Below, one piece after another: positions 1 through 11,140 of a stretch of DNA of 64,000 bases. Position numbers and translations under genes: made by a program. A model generated the notes under the pieces. It saw only the letters and a list, made by a program, of their open reading frames with translations. It had not been told where the DNA came from and ran no database searches. The DNA is from Candidatus Marinacidobacterales bacterium (GTDB lineage: Bacteria > Acidobacteriota > Vicinamibacteria > Marinacidobacterales > DATDRI01), in assembly GCA_965219415.1 (NCBI GenBank), contig CBDCNP010000002.1:2848001-2912000 (forward strand), read 5' to 3'. The first letter of the stretch is position 1. Each line of letters opens with the position of its first letter.

Positions 1-483
1 GTCGCCGCTTACCCAGCCGATTCGCTGCGAGTGACCTACACAATCAACTTCGACCATCCTCTGCTACGACATCAGCAGCACTCGCTCGAAATCGATGAGA
101 GCTCGTTCGTCGATGAGCTCGCCCCGGCCCGCACCTTTGGGTTTCTCAAGGACGTGGAACAGCTTCGGCAAGCGGGGTTGGCGCTAGGTGGATCCTTGGA
201 CAACGCGATCGTTCTCGGCGAGGCAGGAGTGCTCAACAACCCGCTTCGCTTCCCCGACGAGTTCGTCCGGCACAAGATCCTCGATATCCTAGGAGACCTG
301 TCTTTGTTGGGTCGCCCATTGCTGGCTCATGTGGTCGCGGTTCGCGCCGGGCACGGTCTCCACACGCAGTTGGTGCGCCAGATCATCGAGTCGCCGGATT
401 GCTGGGAGCAAGTAAGCTACCCGGAGCCGGTTACCGCGGCCGTCCCCGCGGCCAAGACTCCCGTCACCGAACCCGTCTCATAG
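1..483 (+). CDS. lpxC: UDP-3-O-acyl-N-acetylglucosamine deacetylase, 3' part (runs off left edge)
   Basis: ARTFGF, GGSLDNAIV and the Zn-binding LRFPDEFVRHKILDILGDL motif, followed by AGHGLH. Confidence 0.95.
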   Translation, partial: VAAYPADSLRVTYTINFDHPLLRHQQHSLEIDESSFVDELAPARTFGFLKDVEQLRQAGLALGGSLDNAIVLGEAGVLNNPLRFPDEFVRHKILDILGDLSLLGRPLLAHVVAVRAGHGLHTQLVRQIIESPDCWEQVSYPEPVTAAVPAAKTPVTEPVS

Positions 484-579
484 AAGGGCCCTTCCACATC
501 GCACACCGGTTCTCCCTATAAGGGGAGAGCCTTAGGTACCTGTCCCCTGTCTTCATGTCATTTTGTCAGGGGGGGCAAC

Positions 580-1017
580 CTATCTAGGCGGTGATTCCTC
601 GGTCGTTTCTAGCACGAAGGCCGTGACCTTGACGGTCGTGATTTTCTTGGCTCCGTTCGACGCGATGGAGACACTGCGCGTAATACGACCCTTGTATCGC
701 CTCGTCTCCAGCATCACCTTGAGAGTCGTCGATTCACCGGGTCTTACCAATTGATCGGCGGTGAGTGCCGCCGTGCAACCGCAGGACGTAGAGATGCGTC
801 CAATGTTCACTTCCTCGGTGCCAATGTTGTAGATCTCGAACTCGGCATCGAGGGTGAGGTTCTGCTCGACCTTGCCGAAGTCATGGGACTCCGGTGTCAC
901 TTCGATCGCCGGCCCCTTCACCGGCTTGGTCGCACTCTTGCTCTGATGACCCGAAGCTGTCATCGCAGGAAGACCAATCCAAGCTAGCATCAACAAGGCG
1001 CCGGTTAGTCTCTTCAT
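580..1017 (-). CDS. Secreted DUF1573-type Ig-like protein
   Basis: Signal peptide MKRLTGALLMLAWIG; HDFGKV...IYNIG...STSCGCTA...PGES pattern; GAAGGAG upstream of ATG 1017. Confidence 0.75.
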   Translation of the reverse strand: MKRLTGALLMLAWIGLPAMTASGHQSKSATKPVKGPAIEVTPESHDFGKVEQNLTLDAEFEIYNIGTEEVNIGRISTSCGCTAALTADQLVRPGESTTLKVMLETRRYKGRITRSVSIASNGAKKITTVKVTAFVLETTEESPPR

Positions 1018-1048
1018 CGTATCTCCTTCGTTGCTCGTTTCGTGGAAG

Positions 1049-1441
1049 CTATGAATCTTCACTTTCCTGGTCACCGGATTGGTCCATTCGGTCCGTTTGG
1101 CCGGAGTCGATAGTCTTCATCCCCTCGGCCCCTCCGGTCAGCCTCTTCATATAAGCGCCTAGCCTTTCGTTTTCGTAAGTCACGGTATTCAAGAACAGAC
1201 TCTCGACTAGATAGCGCTTCCTTGAATCCTCGTCCATCTCGTCGACGAGGTGGTCGATCTCTTGCATCATGTCCTCGAAAGTCGCCTTGAGCTCCTGCTT
1301 CAGAGTGACTTCACGATAGAGTGATTCCAAAACGTAGAGGAGATCTCCATCGAGTGGAATCTCATGACCAGTCAGCATTCGTATTTTCTTGAGCTCGCCA
1401 GCGCCGACTTGGTTAATTTTGGTTCTATTCATGCCGGGCAT
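1049..1441 (-). CDS. Hypothetical alpha-helical protein (130 aa) in ECF/STAS operon
   Basis: ORF 3 nt downstream of the STAS stop, normal protein composition; no family recognised. Confidence 0.7.
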   Translation of the reverse strand: MPGMNRTKINQVGAGELKKIRMLTGHEIPLDGDLLYVLESLYREVTLKQELKATFEDMMQEIDHLVDEMDEDSRKRYLVESLFLNTVTYENERLGAYMKRLTGGAEGMKTIDSGQTDRMDQSGDQESEDS

Positions 1442-1444
1442 CCT

Positions 1445-1780
1445 TCAAAAACTCTCCAGAGCAGTTTTTTCTTCACGGTAAACATCTACCAGATTATGAA
1501 GTCCCGTCAAACTGACCATCGTCTCCACTCGTTCCTGCAGCCCTACCAACTTCAGCGCTCCGGAGCGCTCCGACATGAGCCGATATATATCCATAAGACA
1601 GCCGATGGAAGCGCTGTCGATGTAGCTCACGTCCGAGAGATCGATAATTAGCTTGCGCGTCCCAGCCTCCATGAGCCCGGAGACTTCGCCAAAAAAATCA
1701 GTCAATTTGGGATACACCAGTTTGTCTTCCTTGATGCGGACTATTTTTACTTCGCCCGATGATTCAATTTGGAGATTCAT
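1445..1780 (-). CDS. STAS-domain anti-sigma factor antagonist (SpoIIAA/RsbV-like)
   Basis: LIIDLSDVSYIDSASIGCL with the conserved phospho-acceptor Ser; 111 aa. Confidence 0.9.
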   Translation of the reverse strand: MNLQIESSGEVKIVRIKEDKLVYPKLTDFFGEVSGLMEAGTRKLIIDLSDVSYIDSASIGCLMDIYRLMSERSGALKLVGLQERVETMVSLTGLHNLVDVYREEKTALESF

Positions 1781-2434
1781 AAGTATGTTTGCCTGCCTTT
1801 TCCATGGCAGCTCCCTTTGATAAATCGTCCCCGTTTGAAGCCAGCAGCACCCGCCCGAGCTCCAAGCGACCTCTATTGATTCGGCTCTTCACCGTGCCCT
1901 CCGGCAACCCGAGACGGACCACGATCTCCTGATAGGTTAGACCATGAATGTCTCTCAACACCACCGCCTCACGGAGCTTGGCGGGTAGCTCTTCGAGGGC
2001 CCGCGACAACAATTGCTTATGGTCCGACGCCTCCAGCGAGCGATGCGGATCGAATCGACCGGAAGCCATATCCTCCATGCTGATCTCTCGATCGACCAGC
2101 GCTTCGCGTTCCCTCCGGCCGCTCCGATAGTGATCGATACAATGGTTCCGGCTGACCGAATACAGCCAGGTACCGAAGTCGGCGCTACGGTCGAATCGAT
2201 GGAGAGATCGGAAGACGCGAAAGAAGATCTCCTGAGTCAGGTCTTCAGACTCTTGTACCGACCCGTGAACTTGTAGGCGATCCCGAACACCTTTCGGCGG
2301 TAGCGGCGGACGATCTCCTCCCAAGCCACCTCCCTCCCAACAGCGGACTGGCGTGCCACGCACTTGTCGATGAGTGCCCGATCGGTAAGATCAGAGGCGT
2401 GCGTCTCCGTCGATCGATTCTTACTAGGCGGCAC
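1764..2434 (-). CDS. ECF RNA polymerase sigma factor (one-base frameshift near 2255)
   Basis: Region 2 (AWEEIVRRYRRKVFGIAYKFTG / EDLTQEIFFRVF...FGTWLYSVSRNHCID) and region 4 (GLTYQEIVVRLGLPEGTVKSRINRGR) lie in two frames, joined by one missing base; start approximate. Confidence 0.85.
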
Positions 2435-2594
2435 CAGATCCCACGGTTTGTTTGAGGTGCAGTGGCTCCTGTCACCAGGAAGTACCCGAAGTTGCTGCCA
2501 GATCAACGATCCAGAGCAAGAAGAAACGCTCCCACGAACCATTGTAGCATTTAGGGGTTTCAGTTTCTTGAATTCGGACTTTCGGAGCTAAACA

Positions 2595-3512
2595 GTGTCT
2601 AGATTAGACTTTATGGCGATGGCAGGGGCGACGACGGCCTTCGCCGTAGCTACCGCAGGTATGTTGGTCGGGTGGGAGCCATTCGCCACCTGGTACTACA
2701 CCTTCGCCTGGTGGAGCTACATCGTGTTCGCCGACGCCTGGCTCCTGAGACGGGACCTAAAGAGTATCGTCCTCCGCAACCCTCGAGTAGCTAGGTTGCT
2801 GTTTCTGTCCATCGCCATTTGGGCCACCTTCGAGATAGCCAACTTCCGCCTCGGTAATTGGTACTACGTCGAAATTCCTTCCGAACTCGCCTTGAGATGG
2901 TTGGGCTATGCACTCGCCTACGCCACCGTTTTGCCCGGCATCTTGGTGACCGCTCAGCTCTTGGAAGTCTTTTGGCGACAGTCGTCGTCGGCTCGAAGTT
3001 TTACCCTCTCGCCAAAGCTGCCGAGACGCCTACTTTGGGTAGGACTGCTCGGAAGCCTGTTACCTTGGATCTGGCCTCTCTACTTCTTCCCCCTAATCTG
3101 GTTGGGGCCTACGGCTTTTTTTGCCGCGCTCAACTTTCGGTTAGGCGGAAAAGGAGTCTTGCGGACGATGGCCGAACGGGGACCAGAAAAACTCTATCGG
3201 TTGGCCGGTGCGGGAATGATCTGTGGTCTCCTTTGGGAATGCTGGAACTTCTGGGCTCGAAGTAAGTGGGTTTACGAGATACCCTTTTTCGGCTGGGCGC
3301 CAGTCTTTGAAATGCCCGTCGCCGGTTTCTTAGGGTTTCCCCCGTTCGCCGTCGCGTGCTACGAGATGTACGTCGCGGCGGAGAAGCTCCTCACCGCCCT
3401 GGCCGAGCGACCGGCGCTGAGGTTCGTCTTTTGGCTACTGGTCGCCACCTTGGTAGGTCTAGCTTTTTGGGGAATCGATGCCTGGACGGTTCGGAGTTTC
3501 CAGATTTACTAG
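2595..3512 (+). CDS. Polytopic membrane protein of unknown function
   Basis: Multiple hydrophobic helices; internal pseudo-repeat FEIANFRLGNWYY / WECWNFWARSKWVY; true start may be ATG 2613. Confidence 0.75.
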   Translation: MSRLDFMAMAGATTAFAVATAGMLVGWEPFATWYYTFAWWSYIVFADAWLLRRDLKSIVLRNPRVARLLFLSIAIWATFEIANFRLGNWYYVEIPSELALRWLGYALAYATVLPGILVTAQLLEVFWRQSSSARSFTLSPKLPRRLLWVGLLGSLLPWIWPLYFFPLIWLGPTAFFAALNFRLGGKGVLRTMAERGPEKLYRLAGAGMICGLLWECWNFWARSKWVYEIPFFGWAPVFEMPVAGFLGFPPFAVACYEMYVAAEKLLTALAERPALRFVFWLLVATLVGLAFWGIDAWTVRSFQIY

Positions 3513-3765
3513 CATCAATGCGCGCTCACTCCTCGTTCGCGCGCTTGGCGCCTCGCTCCTCGCTCGGCGCTCCTTTCGTCGGCCCGCCGCCTGGCCACGT
3601 CGGGTTTGACCTACCACCTACTTTGGCGGCCGTCACGCCGGGCTCGCGCCTTCGTCAGTGCGGCGGGGCCCCACCCCCACCGCCGTCCCTTCGCCGACAA
3701 GCGGCTCCGGGACAGCCGATGGCTCTTCGCGCAGGGTGCAGTGCATTCGTCAGCACCCCGCTAAG
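3513..3765. repeat. Composite intergenic REP-like element, copy 1
   Basis: Shares TCAATGCGCGCTCACTC, GTTCGCGCGCTTGGC, GCGGGGCCCCACCCCCAC and GGGACAGCnGATGGCTCnTCGCGC blocks with 7808-8216; lies between convergent genes; CTAG on both flanks. Confidence 0.8.
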
Positions 3766-4587
3766 CTAGTCCTTGGGTAGGTCCGGCCTGCCTGCCTTGC
3801 TCCACGCCGTATACCAATAGCTCGCTACGTCCTCGGCAGAGTCCGAGATACGCTCGTTCAAGATCTCCTCGGCGCGAAGCCAGAGGCTCTCGTAATAGAA
3901 CCGATCATAGCTCGAGACGCCTTTGCGGGAGAGGTAGTCGTACAGCAGTAGATTATCCACCCACACATAGGAGCGGACGAGCATGGAGATGATGTATGCG
4001 TTCGGATCGTCGAGGTAAATGGCGGTTGACGCGTCCGCTTTCAACTTGCTCCCATAGACGTCCAGCAACCGGCTGTCGAAGCGTTCACGAAAGCCTTCTT
4101 GATCGATCATGTCGCCGTCACCTTCCTTCGACACTAACAAAGGCTGACTCAGGTCCGTGATGTGGAGTACGAGCTCCGCAGAAAGCATGTCGATCGTCTC
4201 GAGATCCATCTGCTTGAACGCCTCGGCGAGCTTTTCGTAGGCTTCAAGCATCCGCCACGGCAGATCGCCCACCTCGCCGAGTTTGTCCTCCCCATACTCC
4301 CGAAGCGCCGACTCTCGATCGAGCGGTAGGTTCTCGAAGGGGAAGGGCTCCAACAGATCGACCTCGAAAACAGACCTCGGTGCGGCTATGGTCACGTCTT
4401 CTAGCTGCTGCATCAAGTAGACCTTCCGGTCTTTGTAGAAGCCCTTGAGCGGCTTGGGTAACGCGTCGATTGCGTCCTCGAGCGCGAGCCGATAAGCCAC
4501 GTCACTCCAAGCCAATCCGTGACCGACCGAGCCAACCACCATCGCGAGAATGAACAACAAGAGAAAAATACTCCGCCTCGACATCAT
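3766..4587 (-). CDS. Secreted phospholipase C / S1-P1 nuclease-fold protein with degenerate Zn ligands
   Basis: Signal peptide cleaving before Trp (GLA|WS); GDLPW, LHITDLSQPL, GFRERFD and ASYWYTAWSKAG segments match family positions. Confidence 0.6.
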   Translation of the reverse strand: MMSRRSIFLLLFILAMVVGSVGHGLAWSDVAYRLALEDAIDALPKPLKGFYKDRKVYLMQQLEDVTIAAPRSVFEVDLLEPFPFENLPLDRESALREYGEDKLGEVGDLPWRMLEAYEKLAEAFKQMDLETIDMLSAELVLHITDLSQPLLVSKEGDGDMIDQEGFRERFDSRLLDVYGSKLKADASTAIYLDDPNAYIISMLVRSYVWVDNLLLYDYLSRKGVSSYDRFYYESLWLRAEEILNERISDSAEDVASYWYTAWSKAGRPDLPKD

Positions 4588-4659
4588 CGCTCCTCTGAAT
4601 TCGTCGCCCACATTTTAGATCCCTTCGGTAGTAGTGATCAAAAAGGCTATGCCCCAGAC

Positions 4660-5423
4660 CTAGGGAACGCGAGCTAACGTGAGGACGTCCACCGACCGGG
4701 CACCGCCGCGGAGCAACGCCCGCGTACAGGCCTCCGCCGTCGCACCTGTTGTGAAGACGTCATCGACTAGCAATAGACGCTCGCGCCGGAGCCAAGCTGG
4801 TAGCTGCGCGCGGTAGGCTCCAGCCGCGTTTCGTCGGCGCGCACCCGCGCTCAACCAGATTGAGGAGGACGCGGCGCGACTTTGACCAAGATCGAGCAGC
4901 AGGGTCGCTTGGCAGCCCTTGCGATTGACCTCGCCAACAACTCCGCTTGGTTGTATCCGCGCTCACGACGACGACGCCAATGAAGTGGCACCGGGACCAC
5001 CGCCGCCCCAGCATCCAGCTCGCCCGTGGCGAGGATCGAGCGAAACGCCAGCCTCCCGAGTGTCGCGGCTACACGCGATCGCCCCCGGAACTTCAGGGAG
5101 AGGAGCGTCTCCTTCAGGCCCCCATCGTATGGCCCCAACGCGCGAGCGCGGCGGAAGCATCGACCTCTTTCCACACGGCACGAGCCACATAGTCCTGGCG
5201 CCACCGTCTCCGCGAAGGGCATGCCGCAACGGGGGCAGTAGGGCTGTGTGATCACTGGCATCGACTGCCAGCAAAGATCGCAGATGGGCCCCTTGAGCGG
5301 CCACTCGAGAAATACCCGGCAAATGAGGCAAGTCGATGGGAACCCAATAGCCACGAGCCCCCCGAGCATGGTTCGCAGCAGACCAACCCCGCGGGAGACG
5401 CCCGACCTGGCCTGACCCGACAT
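4660..5423 (-). CDS. comF: ComF family double zinc ribbon + phosphoribosyltransferase protein (frameshift near 4853)
   Basis: CxxC pairs, VPVPLHWRRRRERGYNQAELLA, LLVDDVFTTGAT; one missing T joins the two ORFs. Confidence 0.9.
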
Positions 5424-5438
5424 CCCCTGATTGGAACC

Positions 5439-6803
5439 TCAGGAGGTGGACCAAGTCGGAGCCGGTCGAATTGCAGGTTCCGGTCGGGCCGCGGCGCGTA
5501 CGCTGAGATGGATCGAGTTCCATCTACCACAATGCTCGCAGTAGTCGCTCCACTCTGGGTACGTGGTCTTGCAGGAGCCGCAGCCATAGTCCTGCATCAA
5601 TCCACCGACCTCGCCGAGAACCGTCTTGCTCTTACTAAGCGCTTCCTTGAAGTCGCCCTTGCTTTCCAAGACTCGCGCGATGTAGACGTGGAGAGCTGGA
5701 AGACCACTTACCATGTCTTCAATCTGGCGGAACTCGCCGAGGGCCTCGTCCAGCATGAAGAGTCGATAATACAGCTTACCGAGGCTGTACCTGAGCGGTG
5801 CTTCGTTTTCGGACAAGACGATGGCCTGCTTCCAAGTTGCGATCGCTTCTTCGGGCAGCTCCGCCCTGAGATAATGATTTTGAACCGCAGCGAGTAGTTC
5901 GGTGGAACCCGTGGTTTGAAAACCCTTTCGCCAGACGGAGAGCGCCTCGTCGGCGTCGCCAGCTTCGATGTGGGCGTCCCCAAGCTTTATATGAGCCGGT
6001 ACGAACCCGCTGTCACGCTTGAGAACGGAGTTGAAGGAAGCGATGGCCTCCTTGACGTCTCCTCGCGAAAGCTGCTCCCGACCCACCTCGAATCGGATAC
6101 CGACTGAGGCTTCCTGCGCCGCTTCCTTTTCGGTGGTGAGCGTTAGCATCTTTTCTATCTTCGGTTGCAGCTCGTCGGCAGCCGCCCAGTCTTTTTGCTT
6201 GATCTTCAGGTCACGGAGCTTTCGGTGAGCAGAGACGGTGGTTCGAGGATCGAGCTGGATGATGCGCTTCAAGACTTCCTCGGCACGTTCCCAATCACCG
6301 AGGTCGAGATAGGCGTCCGATAAGCAGTAAAGCGCCATCAGGTGCTCGGGCGCCTCCACGATAGCTCGCTCCAGCGAGGCCGCGGCTTCACGGTACCGCT
6401 TCAGGGCTCGTAGGCTGTCGCCCCGCTTGATCAGTGCGTTCAGGTGATCCGGCTCCCGCGCCAGCACGTCGTCGAATCGAGCAACGGCCTGCTGGTAGCG
6501 TCCATTGACCATATCGTCCAGGCCGTGGAGATAGAGATCCTCGGTTCTCTCGTGGGCCCGGTGAAGCCGCTGCGTCCTCCAGTTTTGGGCGAATCGTCGC
6601 GCCCCTCCAGCGATGTCGAAAAAGAGGATGAGTGCCGCTCCCGCGCCAAAGGCTCCCATCAGAGCCATCCAGAGCTCCAAGCTCAGGGGTCTCAGGAGCG
6701 CCAAGCTGATCTCCACCGGCGTCCGGTTCATGGCTATCGTGGAGGCCAAGAACCAGACCGCCCCGAATATCAGCAGCAGGCTGAAAAGTGTCTTGATTCT
6801 CAT
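5439..6803 (-). CDS. lapB: LapA-LapB fusion-like TPR protein (LPS assembly regulator)
   Basis: Two N-terminal TM helices with LapA-like NxTPVEI segment, TPR array, C-terminal rubredoxin CGSC...CEHCGRWNS. Confidence 0.7.
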   Translation of the reverse strand: MRIKTLFSLLLIFGAVWFLASTIAMNRTPVEISLALLRPLSLELWMALMGAFGAGAALILFFDIAGGARRFAQNWRTQRLHRAHERTEDLYLHGLDDMVNGRYQQAVARFDDVLAREPDHLNALIKRGDSLRALKRYREAAASLERAIVEAPEHLMALYCLSDAYLDLGDWERAEEVLKRIIQLDPRTTVSAHRKLRDLKIKQKDWAAADELQPKIEKMLTLTTEKEAAQEASVGIRFEVGREQLSRGDVKEAIASFNSVLKRDSGFVPAHIKLGDAHIEAGDADEALSVWRKGFQTTGSTELLAAVQNHYLRAELPEEAIATWKQAIVLSENEAPLRYSLGKLYYRLFMLDEALGEFRQIEDMVSGLPALHVYIARVLESKGDFKEALSKSKTVLGEVGGLMQDYGCGSCKTTYPEWSDYCEHCGRWNSIHLSVRAAARPEPAIRPAPTWSTS

Positions 6804-6815
6804 CTACGCTCCAGT

Positions 6816-7802
6816 TTAATCCAAACCATACCGTTTGCGCTTCTCCCATAGCGCCTTCCGGCTGATTCCCAAAATCTTGGCGGCACGGGTCTGGTTCCCT
6901 CGTGCGTAACGGAGAGTCCGCTCGATGTAGCTTTTTTCGACCTCAGCCAGAGTCGGTTTGTCCTTACTTCCCAGCCGGAACGTTACCGAAGGACTGTCCA
7001 AAATGGACTCGGGCAGATCGGCGCGCTCTATGCGAGACCCCTGCGCCACGAGCCCAGCACGTTCCACGGCTCCCTTGAGCTCACGGATATTCCCCGGCCA
7101 AACGTAGTTGCGAAACGCCTCCAAAACGTCGTCCGCGAACTCCTCGGGGAAATTTCCGCCCAGCCGCTCGCCCTCTCGCTGGAGGAAGTGTTGCGCTAAG
7201 GGAATGATGTCGTCCCGGCGTTCCCGAAGCGGCGGCAACTGAATCCAGAAAACACTCAGCCGGTGAAACAGGTCACGCCGAAAAGACTTGCGCTCCACCG
7301 CCTCCATCAAGTTGCCCGTACTCGATGCGACCATGCGTGCCTGAACGGTGAGCGTCCGAGTCCCACCGACCCGTTCATACGTCTTGTCTTCCACGACCCG
7401 AAGCAGCTTCGCCTGAAGCGCCGGCTCCGGCTCTCCGATCTGGTCTAAAAAGATCGTGCCTTCGCCTGCGAGCTCTAGCTTGCCGGGCTTGGTCTCCTGA
7501 GCTCCGGTAAAGGCACCCTTCTCGTATCCGAACAACTCGCTTTCCATGAGTTCAGCCGGGATGGTTGGGAGATCCACCTTGACCATTGGATCACCGGCCC
7601 GCTTCCCCCAATAGTGAATCGCGCCAGCCGCCAAATCCTTTCCGGTTCCGCTTTCCCCGGAAAGCAAAACGTTAGTGGGTGCGTTGGCGAGCCGATGCAA
7701 TAGGGCGACGATGTCGACCATCTGCGGGTCGTGAGCAACGAAGGCACTCGAGAGCTCACGGGCCGCTGCTCCGTCCTTCTTGGTATCGGTCGCGTCGGAC
7801 AT
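6816..7802 (-). CDS. Sigma-54 enhancer-binding protein lacking an N-terminal sensor domain
   Basis: GESGTGKD Walker A, ELFGYEKGAFTGA, FRRDLFHRL, WPGNIREL, Fis-type HTH; Walker B reads FLDQIG. Confidence 0.92.
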   Translation of the reverse strand: MSDATDTKKDGAAARELSSAFVAHDPQMVDIVALLHRLANAPTNVLLSGESGTGKDLAAGAIHYWGKRAGDPMVKVDLPTIPAELMESELFGYEKGAFTGAQETKPGKLELAGEGTIFLDQIGEPEPALQAKLLRVVEDKTYERVGGTRTLTVQARMVASSTGNLMEAVERKSFRRDLFHRLSVFWIQLPPLRERRDDIIPLAQHFLQREGERLGGNFPEEFADDVLEAFRNYVWPGNIRELKGAVERAGLVAQGSRIERADLPESILDSPSVTFRLGSKDKPTLAEVEKSYIERTLRYARGNQTRAAKILGISRKALWEKRKRYGLD

Positions 7803-7807
7803 TCTAG

Positions 7808-8216
7808 TGCCTCAATGCGCGCTCACTCTTCGGTTGAATGCCTCGTCGCTCTTCGCGACTGCCGCCTGACCACCTCGAGTTTGAGCAACCAGCTGGCTTG
7901 GCGGCCCTCACCCGCTTCGGGCCTACGCCCTGCGCGGCGGCTGAAGGCTCCGTTCGCGCGCTTGGCCTCGCGCTCCTCTATCAATGCCGCGGGGCCCCAC
8001 CCCCACGGCTCTCGCTTCGCTCACACTGCGCTCGGGCTGAAGGCTCCCATCAACTGCGGCGGGGCCCCCAGGCTCGTCCCAACGCCCGCTTTCTCAACTG
8101 CGGCCTCACTCCTCGTTCGGCCGCTGGCCTCTGCTCGACAAGCTCGCTGCGGCCGGCGGCGGCTGCGGGACAGCTGATGGCTCCTCGCGCCGCCTTCAGC
8201 TGCCTGCACGAAGCCG
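7808..8216. repeat. Composite intergenic REP-like element, copy 2
   Basis: Same blocks as 3513-3765 in a different order; 22-bp CTGCGCGGCGGCTGAAGGCTCC (7930-7951) is the exact reverse complement of 11216-11237. Confidence 0.8.
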
Positions 8217-8585
8217 TCAACTGGCGATCGCCAGACGCCCCGCGTCTCCCCAGAGCCGCTCCAAGTTGTAATAGGCCCGGCTACGCGGAGTGAAGAGGTG
8301 AACCACGAAATCCACGTAGTCCATCAAGATCCAGTCGCCCCGCGGATAACCTTCCACGTGATCCGGCTTGATACCCTTCTTAGCAAGCGCTTCCTCGACC
8401 GCATCCGCGATAGCCTTCAACTGTCGATTCGAACTTCCACTCGTCAGTAAGAAGAAGTCGGTAAAGCTGGCCAGTCCCCTCAAATCCAACACCACCAGAT
8501 CGGTGGCCTTCTTTCCCTGAGACGCCTTAACCGCCACCCGTAACTCTTTGCCCATGCTTCGCAGTGTTAGCTTCTTCTGTGTCAA
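8217..8585 (-). CDS. rsfS: Ribosome silencing factor
   Basis: KKATDLVVLDL, WILMDYVDFVVHLF...YNLERLWGDA; follows nadD. Confidence 0.95.
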   Translation of the reverse strand: MTQKKLTLRSMGKELRVAVKASQGKKATDLVVLDLRGLASFTDFFLLTSGSSNRQLKAIADAVEEALAKKGIKPDHVEGYPRGDWILMDYVDFVVHLFTPRSRAYYNLERLWGDAGRLAIAS

Positions 8586-8611
8586 TCCCTTACCTGGCCC
8601 TTAGCTGGCCG

Positions 8612-10374
<1,763 letters not shown>

Positions 10375-10638
10375 CTACGAAGACGCTCGGGGGATGATGC
10401 TGATGAAGCGTCCGCGCTGGCCTCGATTTTGGAACCGAACGATGCCGCTGGAACGGGCGAAAAGCGTATCGTCTTTGCCACGCCCCACGTTCTCTCCCGG
10501 CTTGAAGCGAGTGCCCCTCTGTCGGACAAGGATGGTGCCGCCCGTGACCTGTTGGCCACCGAACGCTTTCACGCCGAGACGTTGTGAGTTGCTGTCCCTC
10601 CCGTTCCGGGAGCTACCTTGACCTTTCTTGTGTGCCAT
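10375..10638 (-). CDS. rpmA: 50S ribosomal protein L27
   Basis: [24 protein letters not shown]. Confidence 0.98.
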   Translation of the reverse strand: MAHKKGQGSSRNGRDSNSQRLGVKAFGGQQVTGGTILVRQRGTRFKPGENVGRGKDDTLFARSSGIVRFQNRGQRGRFISIIPRASS

Positions 10639-10692
10639 GAAAAAGAAGTCCTTTTGACTTTGCTGACTCTTGGAGGACCCTTGGGTCCTCGT

Positions 10693-11010
10693 CTACTTCT
10701 TGCCCTCGATCTTCTCGATTTCGACGGCGGTAAACGGTTGCCGGTGTCCGTTCGTCCGGCGGTACTGTTTTCGGCGTTTCTTCTTGAAGACTATGATTTT
10801 TCGATCTCGATCCTGCTCAAGGACCGTTCCCACGACGCTCGTTCCATCGAGGTAAGGCTTGCCGACTTGAATCTTCCCGCCCTGGTTCAGCAACAACACC
10901 CGCTCGAACCGAACCTTGGACCCGACCTCGGCCTCAAGCTTCTCGACTCGAACCCGCTCACCGGGAGAGGCCTGAATCTGTTTTCCACCGCTTTCGAAAA
11001 TCGAGTACAA
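10693..11010 (-). CDS. rplU: 50S ribosomal protein L21
   Basis: YSIFESGGKQ...FKKKRRKQYRRTNGHRQPFT; probable TTG start after GGAGG. Confidence 0.97.
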   Translation of the reverse strand: MYSIFESGGKQIQASPGERVRVEKLEAEVGSKVRFERVLLLNQGGKIQVGKPYLDGTSVVGTVLEQDRDRKIIVFKKKRRKQYRRTNGHRQPFTAVEIEKIEGKK

Positions 11011-11048
11011 GAGCTTTCCTCCCATCTACTTACCGCAGAGATCCCCCC

Positions 11049-11077
11049 ATTCTATGGAGCGGCTACACCCCTGTCAA
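11049..11077 (-). promoter_or_regulatory. Sigma-70 promoter of the rplU-rpmA-obgE-nadD-rsfS operon
   Basis: TTGACA-17 nt-TAGAAT on the minus strand. Confidence 0.8.
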
Positions 11078-11140
11078 CCCGGCCGCGAGGAATTGCGAAA
11101 CTGATAGGGCGCGCAAGGGAATGCGGCCGTGTCTATAGGC

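Noticed and set aside
1000-1150. MKRLTG appears both near the end of the 130-aa protein and at the start of the DUF1573 protein
   Set aside because: A 15/17-nt match is too short to tell duplication from chance
3513-8216. CRISPR array or coding ORFs in the repeat regions
   Set aside because: No regularly spaced identical repeats and no cas genes; the ORFs are low-complexity translations of the repeats
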